Counted from the stretch's first letter, positions 27,123 through 41,467 are shown. The stretch: DNA of 64,000 bases from Tubulanus polymorphus (GCF_964204645.1 NC_134029.1:11930850-11994849), one strand, 5' to 3'. Notes: a model not told the origin generated them from the sequence alone. Translations and numbers: made by a program.

Positions 27123-30100
27123 TTAAATTCAGTCTGGATTAATTTCAAATACCAGTCCAATGTGATTATTAGTCTCTACTGGAACTATTGATGCAGGTGT
27201 CAATGAATGACCTAAACCCCCCAAGGTGAGGCATTCGATCAATACAATGTCCATACGATGCTATTTTCCTGCCAGTCATGAATCAATTCATTATCGTATT
27301 TGAATAGACTGCCTAACAAAACGGATTTTTGAACATCCGTATCAATGTTGTATTTCTGTACTGACGGAATATTAATGAAATGAACAAACATCGAATAATT
27401 GTTGGACTCTCTACGAACCCAAATTCCATTGCTAGGATTCAATCGGATGAATGATGACGTCATATCTCAATCTGTAGGCCTATGTGTATTAGACTGGTTG
27501 CCTGTCTCATTCAATGAGCTTATGGCAGTTAGAGACCGGTAACTAGTCTTGGATACAACCGTAAATAAAAAGTTTTAGGGAATTGAATAATCGCGCATGA
27601 ATTATCACCCGTGGACATTGCCAAATCTTTATTCTTAGAATCTGTTATCTAAACTGCTTATATGAATTGCCGCTTTTTGATGCAAAGGACCCGCTTGTTG
27701 TCGATTGTTGGCGCTAATTTGTTTGACCCGTCGATGGCGATTCTGTTCGACTGTGAGAATGCCTTATATCTCCATGTTGGCAGTTGACGTACAGATGTTG
27801 AATGCCTCGAAACACAAAAACTGACCAAAGTCTTATTGTGATAGTATGCCTGTCTGACCAGTTAGCCCAGTCTGTGAATCCTTGTTGTATGTCTGTCGAA
27901 TTGAAAATAGAAATAATCAAATGCCTCATCCGGGGGTTCAGGTCATTCGTTGAGTGATAGATTGGAAGATTATAGATCGGGGCTCCTCTTGGGATTCTAC
28001 TGTTTATTGACAAGTTCATTTAAGTATGAACATGTTCTAGTGATTTGGATATCGTCAGAGCCATCCTTTTCATTTACTCAAGACATAAACAACAAACGAT
28101 CAACCGCGTGGCAGCTGTCTTATTTTGTCATTGGAAAATACTCAAATACGCCAAAAACTCCTTGAAATTTCAAAATTTCATGGGGAGGTCCCCCTACCCC
28201 CTTTAGAGTCTTCGCACCTTCGGTGCTAGCAACTGCTGGCTTAGCCAGCAGTAGTTAGCCTTCTCCATTTATTTAAAATTTTTCCGCATTTTTTCAACTC
28301 CTCTGTTTTCATCCCTGGTAGTAGTGCCTGTCACATGAACTTCATTCATTCATTGAAGCATCACACATACAGAGAACACATTTTCATTGGCTAACTTGTG
28401 GACTATACCATTATAAAAGATAGGGTGGGAAGGATCTGTCTGGGCGATTACAGATATGGCCTATGCGCTATTACTATTACACTACATCATCAGCCACGCT
28501 ATTCTATTATTGAAGCAGATCGTTATATTGAAATAAACTAAAATAACACTATAATGTCTTAAGAGAACTAATTATAGAGAAATAATCAATTCATTTTCAC
28601 AATTCGTCAAAGAATTTTTCAGGATGTGGGGAAAATAAGACCACTTTTGGCTGGGGGAAAATGTCCATTTAACGGTAATAATAAACAGCCTCACGGAAAC
28701 CCTGGAAACGTGAATTTGTTTTCACTGATAAAACTGACATCTCATGTGTTCACTCACTACTGTTTAGTCAATTTCAAACACTGTCTTCGACTATATGGAC
28801 CTTATGGTCCTCTTAATCTTACATTGGTTCCTATGCATATTTTGTAATCACAATCAGTAACAAATTTGTAATCACAATCAATAGCGAAGTTGTATATAAA
28901 ACAGTTTTAATCACCTTACCAAAAGCCGATTAAGATGCTGTGCATCATATAGTAGAGTTCCAATATAATGAGTTCATGGAATCGATGAAGGAGGTCAGAT
29001 CACGTTTGCGGTAGCGATATGCCAGGGTTGCTAAATCAGGGATTATCCTGTAAATTTTAGATACAAATGTTCTGTTTTCCATGAAATCCAGGCAGCAGGC
29101 GAGGGTGGCGGTGATTTTCGGGGCGTTAAATAGAAGTATGACTGTATTTCTATTTATATTGGGAAATTTTCTATAATTGTGGCAAGTTTGAAGGTTGTTG
29201 GTTTCTGTACATATGTGTGCACCATGGGGCGCTGAATTTTGAATTTGTCTGATTTTCAAGCATTTTAGACCATTTCCAAGTGGGCATGGTGTCCATGGAA
29301 TCCTAGTTTCTACCGTAATCTGCTGTGGTTTATAAGTACAAAAACATCATTGAAATGGATGAGAATCCCATCATAAATGAATTAACTGCCTTATTGGTTA
29401 AATAACAAACACCTCATATAAAAGAGATTAGAGAATGCATAAGAGTAATCGAGGTTTTTCGAGAGGACTACCTACGGAGATTTTCCATAGTTGTTAGGAT
29501 AGGTAATGTATATACATTGATATGAAACTAGCTGGAAAGTTTTATTTTTACAGTTCTTCTATTAAAAAACTGATTGAGCTATTATAGAATAATTATGTCT
29601 GGCGGACCAAAAATTGGTGCTTATTAAGCGCAAGTTATTGAGCAGCTTAAACTCAACTTTCAGTTTGACATTGATGCGAAGGTACGCATCAATATACAAT
29701 ATGCTTATGTATTATTTCTTACTGGAAAGGTTTGATGAAAATTCAACTACATATAATAGGAACCAAAGAATATGAATACAATCGACAAGACTTATCGTAT
29801 GATAATCGTTTATTCCGGTAGTATATATATATATGATGCGAACTCGTATTGACAACTCAAGTCAGCTCATTGTCATCTGCAAGGTTGAGTTAGATAAATA
29901 CATGGGAACAAATTTAGCTATTGGTTGCTTTTCTGATCTCTGAATGACCCATCGTTGTCCTGATGACAACTCGTAATTCCATTGTCTCAAAATAAGAACA
30001 TACTGGTAATGATTTTTGATTAAGCATGATGTTTGTATTTCTCATCATCATTATCATTGATGTGCTGATGTCAATATTTGATTGTTTTATTTGTAAAAAG

Positions 30101-33039
30101 AATGTAATGAAATTAATTGTAAATAGATGTAATGTGTAAATAGGTTAGTACATGTATGGATGTTGACTTACTACACAATCATTGTCCAGAAACTAACTAT
30201 TCACCCTTTAGCCACTTTTGGCAATCATGATGAGTCCACTGGGGGCACTTAGTTTGATTCATTTTGAACAACTGCCGGCAAATGTATGTTGGTAATACTG
30301 TTAAAGGTTAAAGATATTGTCAAGTTGGTTTTATTACTGTTTACGTTGAACAGTTTACTTCCTGTTTGTATTTGATGGCAGTCTGTGAAGAAAACCAAAC
30401 TTGACATCTCTTGATTGAAACTTGTTGCTTCGAGATGATAAGAAACCATATCAGAAAATATTTAACAATAAACAAATAACTGTGATATAGAAATTGCGTG
30501 CGTCGTGTGAATGTACATGTACCGGTATATGAAATATGGTGCAGAAATTGTGTGCTATCTACGAAGCCAAGCTTTATTATCAAAATTGATGTGAATTGCT
30601 GGTGAAATTTATGTATTGGAAATCTTTTACAGAGTTTTTGTTGCAGAGTAGGAGTTCTTGGCGATGTGTCCGATGTTTCTTTCTTATATCTTGGTTTAGA
30701 TCTTTGGTTTTAGTCTTCTTATTTCAATCACTGTACAGAACAGCCACATTCACTCGTGTTTTTTTTTTTGCTGAGCACTATTCAAACATAAACCATTTAA
30801 GATAATGTGTTGACAATAGTTAGTTGCTGTGATAAACAATTGGACAAACAAAATGCTGAATGTATAGCATTCTTGCAATACATGATTGCTAAAATTTGTG
30901 TTTCTACAGTAGAACCTCATTATAATGAACTCGAATATGGCAATTTCTGGATAAACAAAGCCTATGCCATCCTCCTAAATAATGTAATAATATTTCATAC
31001 TTGACATAATGAAGTATAATGAAGACATTAGTGGGTCGCCTGAATTTTTATGATGGAGTTCCGCTGTAATACTTTTCATAAGTAAACATATAATGAAGAG
31101 ATTCAGCAGTAACATACCGAAGTTATAGAAAAGAGTCTTAAATTGCAGGAAAACCAACAATTACGACAAACTACGAATGTCTCAAATCCGTGAGCCATTT
31201 TCAAAACAGGTTCCATAGCATTATAGGCTTACTTGATGTGAAAGTTGTAAAATTGCTATTCAGTTTCTAAGTTGAAAAGTTCTACAATCATGCATAGAAT
31301 GTGTCAGCGTGTCCGATTAAAAAAGATTTCTGAGTGAGAATCACCAAACCCCACTTAGCTTTATGAACCCCTGTCCGAAATCCTGGATCCGCCGCTGTAA
31401 AATATAGACTGTCACTAGTCTATGGAAACCAAGTAAGAGTCTTGTTTAGACAATTAGGTGTCCATCAAACACTGTGACAACATTCTATATCCGGTTAAAC
31501 AAATGGTTGCCTTTGTATAGTATCCAACCTCTTAACTACCTTTGGTAGCTTGAATTCGTCTGTAAATTTTGCCTCAGATTTCATCACTTCACAGCTCCAG
31601 TGTTTCTAACTCACTGGTATGGTGTATTGCGATATCTGACTATATTGCATGCTTGTGTGGTGTTTATTTAATGCTTAATACTTCCATTACATGGATAACA
31701 GGAGGCAACTCCACAGTTGTTAGTTAATTTCGATTTGAGATTAGTCATGATAACTCGGAACTGTGGAACTAGGTCCTTCTAAGTTAGATATAGTCATTAT
31801 ACCCATAACAGTACTGGTATCTGCATTGCCAGATGGTAGTTTTGTACCATACTACCAGTAATTGTGAGTCATGCACCATGGTGCATATTATTGGCGTATT
31901 GTCCTATGCGGTACCTTCACTATAATGTTCATCATTTTGTTTATCACATTATATTTTGTGTAAGTTATTTTCAGCCAGTTGTTATTTGTACATGAGAAAT
32001 ATCTGTAACTTAAGATGATGTATTATGTTAACCATTTTCTATTATTGATTGAAGGCATTGAGTTCAAAGATGTGTTCATGTGATGGCATCTAAATTTTGT
32101 TTATTTTACTATGTAGTGCATTCATTCAAGTATAACAGCAAACATATCATGTAAAACTTAAATATAATGTCCTGAAACCCCTGATAAGCTTAACATTTTT
32201 TCATTGGACTATTCAAATTAGAATTTTATCGTTCATGTATTATCAATTCTACTATAGCGAAAGCACCCAGGTTGAAAATATTTTCAGAATAAATGAATTA
32301 GAAAAGATTAGATGTACTATTCGACTTAGTGATCATTTTTTCCTATTGTTGCAAAGCTAAGTATTGTGCAAACTATTTTAATTTCATTGTCAATAGTCCA
32401 ATGAGCCTATATGGAAGCCTATCTAAGAGTGTCTCTTAATTTTGCATTAGATCAATTGCATTTCTTAACAGTGTATCAAATGTAATTAATTTTTGTGCAT
32501 GTACTTTCATGTATTTTGCCATCAGAGTTACATCATTTAACATTGTAGATTGGATGCATATCGCATAAAATGCAGTGCTATCTATTTGAAAAATACTAAG
32601 TAGCTCAATCAAAGAGCCTTTTCTTTTGTACTCTCCAATCTGTGCTTGGACAACTCTCCAACAGTGTCTGATAAGAATAGAATTAGGAGAGTCAAAATGG
32701 CAGCTTTTAGTCAGTGGGGGTTGTAAGTAGATAATCTAACTTGAATAACAAATCGAAAAAGAGATTTCAACGGTGGCCATTTTGATGATGTCACTCTTCC
32801 AGCTTAACCACCTCAACAGCAGTGAGTTCCACTCTGCTCATAACTGGTCACGTGATCCAAAGAGTAGCGGAAAGAGAGATTTTAGAGATTGGTGAGCATT
32901 GAAAGAATAGGCCCTGATAGAACTAAATAAGCTTGCCAACCTGCAATGTACATTGCAATGCTTTCCATAAACATTAATGCAGCTGTCAATCTGCTGTCTC
33001 AACCCACCCCCTCAGATGATCAACGCCGACCTTCTCAAT

Positions 33040-33382
33040 GCCTAGACAATCACTTGGGACTATTGCGTCCAGCAGGCTATTGCGTTCACTTTTTGTCCGT
33101 CAGTCCGTCTGTCCATTTATACCGTCCGTCCATTCATCCATTGACAGATTTTTTTGGGAAGTTTTTAAGACGATTCAATGGATTGTCTTGATGCTTGGTT
33201 CATACCCTTGAAAGCTCTTAAACATAGCAGACAGATTCTTTGACACACTAATGGCGGTGGCTAACATTAAAATCCTCTGAATAGAAGTATTTTAGCTAGT
33301 GACATGTTCTATGAGCGTGGTGAGTTTTAGGTCTGTTGAGCATTTCAAACCACTTGGGCGTGGTGTCCCTGGACCCCTAGTT
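33040..33382 (+). mobile_element. HINE/pearl-like Helentron-derived element (related copy at ~25890-26300)
   Basis: Shared 5' box TTGGGACTAT...GGCTATTGC.TTCA.TTTTT followed by (GTCC/GTCT)n microsatellite; 3' GTCCCTGGAC hairpin followed by CCCTAGTT. Confidence 0.5.
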
Positions 33383-35573
33383 GTTAAGGTGGATAAAGCC
33401 TGTTGATAACATGAGGAAGGGTGCTTCGTTAGATGTCAAATGTATAGCATTGTGAACTTGGGCATGATGGCGAATGTCTGGCGAATATTTTGCTGTTAAA
33501 ACAATGATCTGTGTGATGTAAAAATCTTATAATATTGTCAATAACTTTTTTGGTTTTAATGATGAATAGGATTTGAACCATACATACATGTGATAATTGC
33601 GGTATAGAGTTGTGAAAATACAGTTAATGCAAGGGTGAACTTTTGTAAATATGTCGAATTAGGCATTTTACCACCTGCCCTCCATCCAATAAGTACAAGA
33701 AACTATGTACCTTTCTTTACCGGATCTTCTCACTGAACAAAATAAATCTTGCCTAAATGTAAAAGCTAAAGAGAGCTGTCTATGTTTGAAATACTTTATC
33801 AAATACAATATCATTACTTTATAAGGCCAAACAATTTAATTTGTATTGGCCAAATCGACAACTCATGTTTCAATTTCGATTTTGCCTTTCATGTGTGCCT
33901 ATCGACTTTTCTGCAAGTACCACTACAAAATTTAAACTTATAGATGTCATTCTCTTATGAACTTTTCACAATGATTTTGCATAGATTCCTTGACATATTA
34001 GTGATATCCTGGCGAATCTTGTTGCTTTTTCTGGCAAATTCTTGAGGATCAGCTTTTATGAGGATAGCGATAGTCTGATGATTGTCTGAGGGGTTGGATA
34101 CAGACAGTAGATTGACAGCTGTATACGTGCATATGACAGTTTGAATGCAATATGTAGTGTACTGTAAAAAGTGATGGATTCTCTACCTAAGCCAGATGAA
34201 CTTGGTCGGTCAAGTCTGGCAATTAAATTTGTATCATTTGCTCATTAGAGATTTGTTGCAAGGATCAGCTTATTTGTGAGAGTTTTTTTGCCATTGGTCT
34301 CTGTCTGTTTGATCTTGCTTGTACATATTGTTTATTTTGTTTTTACTCTGAGCAGCATATATCATTAATTGCTTAAATCATGTTGAAAATTAGGTTTTTA
34401 CACACCCTCGATTGATATTGATATGGTTTTTATAATGGTTCAGCAGGCTGACGGAAGTATTAGTATATTTTTCATTATATCTGAGTAGAAATTTCATTTA
34501 TATTATTGACATTGAGCTCAGTACTTAGCATAAGAAGCCACACAAGGATCAAATGACTAATGACTTGAAAATTATTTTTATTTTTGTACAAATCGAAGCC
34601 AGTTAAACTGCATCAGTTGACAAGTCATTCATCCTACTAGTATACAGCATGAACCTATAATCATTCAAATTAGTATTTGTTTCACATGAAGAACTTTTGG
34701 GTGGTCAAGGAGTTTCCATTATCAAAAGGGCTATGAGATAATTTTGATTTCCCAGCCATTCATTGCCTAGTGATAACGTGAACAATTAGAATTTTATTTC
34801 ATGACATGTACATGTATAGCAGGGCTTTGAATAATGAATGGTTCTAGTTTTAAGGAGCTATAAACCTTTGCATGTGCAGTCAAAACTTAAGAAAACACTG
34901 TCAATAGCTCAGCCGGATTGCGGAAGCACTGTTAGGATGTGACCACAAAATTTTTTTGCATATTTTTGACCTGTTTGATATCATAAATTTTTCTCCTCAT
35001 TTTTCGCAGTCTATATCCAATTCACATCACAAAATGGATTCTCAAACGTCCTTGCTCCTGCATAACGCTGATCTCTCTCCACATGCATTAGTTCATAGTG
35101 CAATAGCCAACATTCACAATCATCCCTTTCCTGAAGAGAACAGTAACAATTTTGCCTTATTACCCCTTCGTAATATCTAGGCCCTAAGAGGTGGGCAGGT
35201 TTGCGGACCTGTTCTCCAGTTTCAGTTGTGACCAATTTTCTCATCACCTTGTACAAAATGGTTGTTAATGGTTTTAAGCTATAGAATCGAAAAATTACAT
35301 ATATATCATGATTCTTCAATTGGAAATCAACTTTTCAAAATTGCAGGATGTTTAATTCTTTTATGAATGTTTATCACACATTGGATGTATATAATACAAT
35401 TTGAAATTCGATTTTATTTTTATATACAGGTGTCTTGAAGATTGAGAATGAATTGGCATATCTGAGTATTTCTGGCTTTCACCAATGATTAATCGATGTT
35501 ATTAATATGAATTACAAAAAGTCGTTAATGTTAATGAAATTATACAGCGGAATGGATACAGTTAGTCTAGTGA

Positions 35574-35678
35574 CCAGGGTCCAGTTCCACAGTTCTGAGT
35601 TAAGATTTGACCCTGGGTTAAAACATTGAAAATGAACTAACTTTAACTCTAACTCACAACTGTGGAACTGGGTCCTGG
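35574..35678. mobile_element. ~105-bp palindromic mini-MITE (related copies at ~31705-31776 and ~43670-43778)
   Basis: CCAGGGTCCAGTTCCACAGTTCTGAGTTA ... TAACTCACAACTGTGGAACTGGGTCCTGG. Confidence 0.75.
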
Positions 35679-36047
35679 GTCCTTTATTTTACTGGCCAAT
35701 TGACTTAAATTAGACCTAAAAAATTAACCCATTGAATTGAAAATATTGTAAAGAATCGTTATTTGATCATTTAGAAGAGGTATTAGATCTATGTTGCATT
35801 ACCTGGTCCCAATATTTGCATTATATTAAGCTTGTCGGTTTTATATAATATTTGATTCATATCATTTGAAATAACTTGACAATGACTAATTGATATGTTA
35901 CATTTATTTCTGCATTACTATCAGAAAACCTAGGGCCATATCACTGTAGAGTATCGTCTTATAGAAAAAATGAAGTTATACCTATTACATGTACTTACAT
36001 TCTTTGTAAAAAAATAGAGCTGAAATACAAAACTTACATACCGGTAC

Positions 36048-36773
36048 TGTTGTGGTTATGGATTCTCCACCATTGTTATGTTTAATGATTTCGGTTCTTC
36101 ATCAGTGTTATGGTGGCTGTTTCCACCAGTGTTGTGGTTCTTCACCAGTGTTGTGTTGGCGTAATCTCTACCCTGATGTTGTGCGGAATCGGTTTTTAGG
36201 CCGGATCTTCAGTTCTGGTTCTTGACTTTCTTCCAAGTATGGAAGCCCTGAGACGACACCAAGGCTCCCGTATATAACTTAACGACTTCATAAGTGATCT
36301 GTTCGTTTTATTTTTCTCTTATAACTACGTAGATATATACAATTTATTCCCTGGAGCTCTGTTCTCTAAACCTCTAAAATCTCCAAACCTCTAAATCTCT
36401 AACCTTACTCAAACCCTTTTAAACCTACTAACAACTATAAACCTTCCTTTTTATATTATATTCACTTTAGTAACGTATGCACGCCCTTTTCCACACATGG
36501 CTTGGAATTCATGGATTGTGACGTATTCCTACGTCACAACATTCCTCCTATCTGGGTGATGACATATCTGCACACGTCACAATTATCTAAAAATATCTTT
36601 TTGCACTCACCAGAGTCCATGGCCGCACCATATTAGGTTTTCCTACGTAGACACATACGTCACTTCCAGACTTGTTTATTTATATTACTTCTATTTATGT
36701 TTATGTATGACGTACGCATCCACGCAGGTTGTCTGGTAACTGGACTACGGCCATGAACTCCAGCTTCCGTACA
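36048..36773 (-). mobile_element. Possible solo LTR
   Basis: TGT...ACA ends; flanks GTAC/TTAC (3 of 4 match); AATAAA and TATA-like signals on minus strand; TGACGT palindromes; compositionally distinct from flanks. Confidence 0.3.
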
Positions 36774-38074
36774 TTACTTGTTGGTATAGTTTAACCGCTG
36801 ATAACTGAAACCTACTAATATGTTCCCTAAAAGCTTGTTGATATAATTCATGAAAGCCCAATAATATATGTCCTGAACGTCTCCACAAAAGTACCAGATA
36901 CGTATTTTGTGGATAATATTGTGTAGCTGATGGAGGAATTTCTTGCAATCAATTAAAGGTCAAAAATAACCATCAAATCATCAAAATCGAAAGTTGCATA
37001 ATGCCACCACCCCCTGGTATGTTAAAAATTAAGCTTGCATACCTATTGAATAATGGAAAAGTAAAATATACCATCAAAGTTTCTTAGAAATTGCACCCAA
37101 CAGGGCCGTAGGAACGAATTGTGATTTGTTGGAGGGGGCTTACCAAAAATAAATTATTGCGTTTGTGGCCTGCCATGACGACGAAGTCGTCATAGTGAGC
37201 GCTGCATGCACGAAGCACCAGAAAGGGTATGCTGGATCTCCCCAAGAAATTTTGAAAATTGAGATGCATTTAGGTGCATTCTGAGCACTTTCCTGGATGT
37301 ATTATGTAAAAAGATAATGATTACAACAGAGCACATTCAAGGAAGCCAAGGATATACATTGTATAACATGAAGTTTAACATTGATTTAAGCCCATGAATA
37401 TATGGTTATTTGCACTGTCGTATTCGATGAGTTAACAGCAGGCTATATAAGAATGTGCATCAAGTGTCAGAAAAGTGGGTTCGTGGGACTCTGAATGAGC
37501 TGCATGTTTTGTGTATAGTTATTCACTCTTCGTAGACGTTGGACTGCAGTGGGTCGTGATGGATCATTTGCGTAAGCTTTGCATGTATTTCACCTCACTT
37601 GGTACATGCTAGCTCTGATGTGTAGAAAAAGCAGACCGTCAACCTTGTAAATTCCCCCTTCCATTAGGCCCCTATCTATTGACAGCCTTATAGTGCTGCC
37701 GGTATTGCACTGATCGATTTCGCTGCTTTTGAAAAACCCATTTTAAAAATTGGTCGGTAGGCCAAATATTGGGGCACTTGCCCTGTGGTGCATTCTGTGG
37801 GTTCCCCGCACAAAGTCAATATAATTTACGTCTCAGTAGGACTACACTCATCTTTAATAAGTATAGCACAAACCGGGGAGCTGGCAGGAAAAATACCTCA
37901 GATCAGGGAGGTGGGAGTGAATTTTGATTGAACTGTATTTGAAAATATTTATAAGATAGATAGGTACCCTGTTAGAATTAAAAATATACCAAAAAATAGA
38001 AAGAGATAATAATATAAAAATAAATGTATTCGGTTTGATTAAATTACCAAATACAAAAGGTGATAATATAAAAA

Positions 38075-38578
38075 AATATAGCTGCAAAGCAGCGATAACG
38101 GGTTTTCTAGATGCATGTGATCGAAAGGAAAATTAATTACCGGGTATTCGATGGAAAAAATAAAATTAGATGATTTGGATATTATCGGAGCAATCCTCTT
38201 TTTGGTTGAATGGTCTAACCCCAGTATAGTCCCCGTGATTTGGAAATTCTCGGACCCCTCCTTTATTTACTTACTAAATGACGTCACAAACTGTTATTTC
38301 GCCGGTGCTTGTCTAACAATTCAATTCAATTCTTTATTTACAGTAACCTAATAAGTAATTTTAAGTTTCAAATAGGATGGAAAGTACATTCAGACAATCT
38401 GTTGGTTCAGAGAGACCGTTATTACAGTATCAATTTATACATTTCGTTTCGAAGCTGTCAGTTGCCGAATCTGAATGAAGATGAATTTTATTTGACGAAA
38501 TCGGCGGAAAATATATAATAATAATAATAATCAACAGAATTTCTAGAGGGTTTTCGACGAAAGTCAGAAAACCCTAAT
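38075..38578 (-). mobile_element. Complete short Helentron-associated element (HINE)
   Basis: Minus strand 5' ATTAGGGTTTTC...GAAAACCCT then (ATT)n; 3' GAAAACCC followed by hairpin GCTGCTTTGCAGC and TATATTTTT. Confidence 0.75.
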
Positions 38579-38638
38579 TATACGTTAGAACCTTCATTCC
38601 TATCAAAAGATTATGATTCGATTGATGTTATAGATATA

Positions 38639-39080
38639 CAGTCAACCTCGGTTAATCCGTCTCCGGTTATACTGTATAAGTGCTTATTCCGGATAAATAA
38701 ATTGATCCCTTTTTACAGTAACGTTATTCCCTTTAAAATTCTCTGTCTAATTCCAACTCCATAATCCGTATTTTCACTTATTCCGTAGTTAAATGCGCGG
38801 TCCCGTTGTCCAATTTATATGTAAGTCCTTATGTGTAATCCGTATCAGCTGTTGGGAACATAAACTTGAAGTGAAAAAAGTATAAACTCTGTAATCTAAT
38901 GAGGTTAATGTGGTCAGTAGGAAATATGAGAAACTAAGAAAACTCAAGTTAATCCATCAATGTCATATTAGTCTCAAGCTTCACTAAATATTCAGTACAG
39001 ATGCTATTATCTGTCAATCAGCAAAAGTCCTTTGATGAAGCGCCCTCAAGTACGTGGCCTGTGGGTGATCTGTACTAGAC
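38639..39080 (+). mobile_element. Left part of a pogo/Tigger-like element, apparently cut by the DIRS/PAT insertion
   Basis: TA|CAGTCAACCTCGGTTAATCCG start with repeated TAATCCG motifs; no matching right TIR seen in window. Confidence 0.4.
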
Positions 39081-39418
39081 ACTGTCCGTTGTCCCAGTGA
39101 CACTACCTCTTCTGGGTCGACACGAGCTTATTAAGTATTGGGTGAAAAATGACTGGAAAGCGCGTGTAAACGCAGGAGAGGTCACTATACCGATCGGGTG
39201 GGAGAGGATAAAATTAATGCTATATAGCTCCCGCTCCAGCAGATAGGCATTCTGCAACCAAAATCTATCCTCCATTTGATGTCAGTCTTCATGCAAATGT
39301 GCACTCTTATTGTTGACCACTAGTGTCGCTAGTGTCACTGAGAAACTGTCCGTTGTCCCAGTGACACTACCTCTTCTGGGTCGACACGAGCTTGTTAAGT
39401 ATTGGGTGAAAAATGACT
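39081..39418 (-). repeat. Split direct repeats B1-A2-B2 at the element 3' end
   Basis: ACTGTCCGTTGTCCCAGTGACACTAC...GGTGAAAAATGACT twice (1 mismatch in 74 bp), separated by 190 bp. Confidence 0.9.
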
Positions 39419-39695
39419 TCCCGCTTTGCCGATACATAATATCCGTCCCTATCTTGGGTAGTTCTACGTCCTAGAAGACTCTCTTCCCAATACTCATAAT
39501 AAAAAGAATGGAGAGAGTACTCTGGGAAGCTAAACTTTATTTATACGTATAACATTTCCCACTTGCTGGTTTGTTTGTCTTACTTGGAAATAATAAACTA
39601 CAGTATTTTGTACAAATTGTGAATACGTACGTAATTAGCTATTATAGATATGCTCGTATATCTAATTAGCTATTATAGATAAGTTCGTATAACAT

Positions 39696-40870
39696 TCAGG
39701 GGAAGGCTTTCTTTAAACCTGGTGTGTCGCCGAGATTGTGGAATGTTTCCATTACTTTAGTAGTGTCACACATGGCCTGCGCCAAATTTCCTGCAACTAC
39801 CCCTGCGTCTTTCATGAGAGTCCCTCTAGTGTACGTTTCGAAACTGGACTCTGCTGACCAACCTATGTGAGTCATGATGTCATCTTTCCCCGTAGAACAG
39901 TTCCCCAACATAAGTGTGAGAGCGCATGCTGACCTGAAGCTACGTATGCGGTGTCTCACCTTCGTCTATCCCTAAAGTCCTTAAATACAATTTTAATCTT
40001 TGGTAAACTGCGCTGTAGGTCAGTGGGCGTTCCAATACGACCCCGGCTTCCGTGATTGGTCGGAAAAGATAACCTACGGATAAGTCAATCCCGTGTTTTT
40101 CCATCCAGTCAAAGTACTGCTGTAGTGCCAGGACTGGGCAAAGTATTTTATCCGGGCACCTTTTGATACTAAATGTATTTGTGGCGTCCCCTCTTAATCT
40201 TTTTCCGAAAGATGGGTCGATAACCAGCCGTGAACCATCGTTTAGTTTCTTGACCTCCTGTGATTTTAACCATGTCAGGTCCCCAGCCCTGTCCCCTCCA
40301 AAACATTGTAATTTAAAGAACGCGTCATCTCTGAAAGCCGTGGATTGTTCCCGAAGACTAGTATCTTCCCTCGCTTTCTGGCCCTTCAAATAGTTCGCTA
40401 TTCGGCAAAACTTTTCGCTGAAGAAAGGTTTTGCTTTCTTTTTCATGACGTGTGACTTTGCCTGCTCTTCTCGGATGTATTTTAGGTATTGTGTTACTTC
40501 TGGGGACTTAGCTGGGTTCCCCGATTGGCAGAACTCATCCCAGCGCAAACCCCTCCCGGCAAGATCAAATATCACGGTCAGGCTTCTAACGATATTTTCC
40601 ACTGAACTGGTTGCCATACGAGTGGGGCAGTGGCGTCTCGAGTCGCCAGGAATTCGCAATTTGTTTTGTGGATTTTGTCTTGCCATCTTGGTCTTTCCAC
40701 ACCAGGAACCTTCTAACATCTAGGGGGGTAGCTGTTTCGATGCATCTTTTTTGGGGGGAGTCCGGCTAAGAATTTGGAAAACCGTGATTGAAAGGAGTTC
40801 CTGGCTTTATACACTTCTACTTTCCTTTGAGGATCTCTCAATTTCAGCAAGCCTGGCGTCGATGAGGGAT
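39696..40870 (-). pseudogene. Tyrosine recombinase (frameshifted)
   Basis: Catalytic motifs GGDRAGDL (R), GETPH..FRSACA (H-x-x-R across a frameshift near 39945), THIGW (H), FETYTR (Y); N-terminal ATPLDVRRFLVWKD and GNPAKS. Confidence 0.9.
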
Positions 40871-41021
40871 ACTGGCACCCACGGATACAGTTCCTACAAT
40901 ATACGAAACGGAGACTAGTTCGTATTAGATAGTGTATATTTTAATTATATTGTATCATTAAATTATATTCTTCATATATCATAATAAATGTCCCTTATTT
41001 TATACAAAGTTGTAGTTTCAT

Positions 41022-41465
41022 TTATATATCACAAGTTATTCTGAACGCGACAAGATCCCATGGTAATCCTTTTAGATCCCTAACGAATCCTTTGGTGGTT
41101 GGGTACCACAAGACACCCTTTTCTGATTTACTTCCTACTATATATCTATCTATTTCATGTCGTAATAGTAGAGGCCACCATGTTGGTCTTATGTCAAATT
41201 TCGGAACTAACATGGTACATACTTTAACTCTTTGGGTGTATAGGTATCTCAATAAAGGTGGTATAAGGCAGAAGGGCGGGAATACGTATGGGTTTTTTTT
41301 CTGCGTATATGTCCTGGGCTAATACATTTACGCCCGCTGATTCTAGGGAGGGGTAACGAGTGAAATGTCTCAAGATCTTCCAATCCCTTGATCGCATGGC
41401 GTTTGCGTCTGATGCCATCAGGTCAATCGTGTGCGGGCCGAATATCTTCTCTAATACTTCCCATT
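41022..41465 (-). pseudogene. DIRS N6-adenine methyltransferase-like domain (frameshifted)
   Basis: FGPHTIDLMASDANA...SAGVNVLAQD...NPYVFPPFCLIPPLLRYL...VPKFDIRPTWWPLL, directly after RNase H as in DIRS/PAT elements. Confidence 0.8.
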
Positions 41466-41467
41466 TC

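Noticed and set aside
19962-28317. CAGGGATGA at 19962 paired with TCATCCCTG at 28317 as one large transposon
   Set aside because: It would span two semaphorin exons and has no TSD; 19962 pairs better with 20624.
36090-36110. Hammerhead-like CTGATGA...GAAA on the minus strand
   Set aside because: Only 6 nt lie between the boxes with no stem II, and there are no convincing stems I/III.
24200-39000. Many 60-105 aa ORFs in intergenic and intronic DNA
   Set aside because: No recognisable motifs or consistent exon chain; expected by chance or derived from MITEs.
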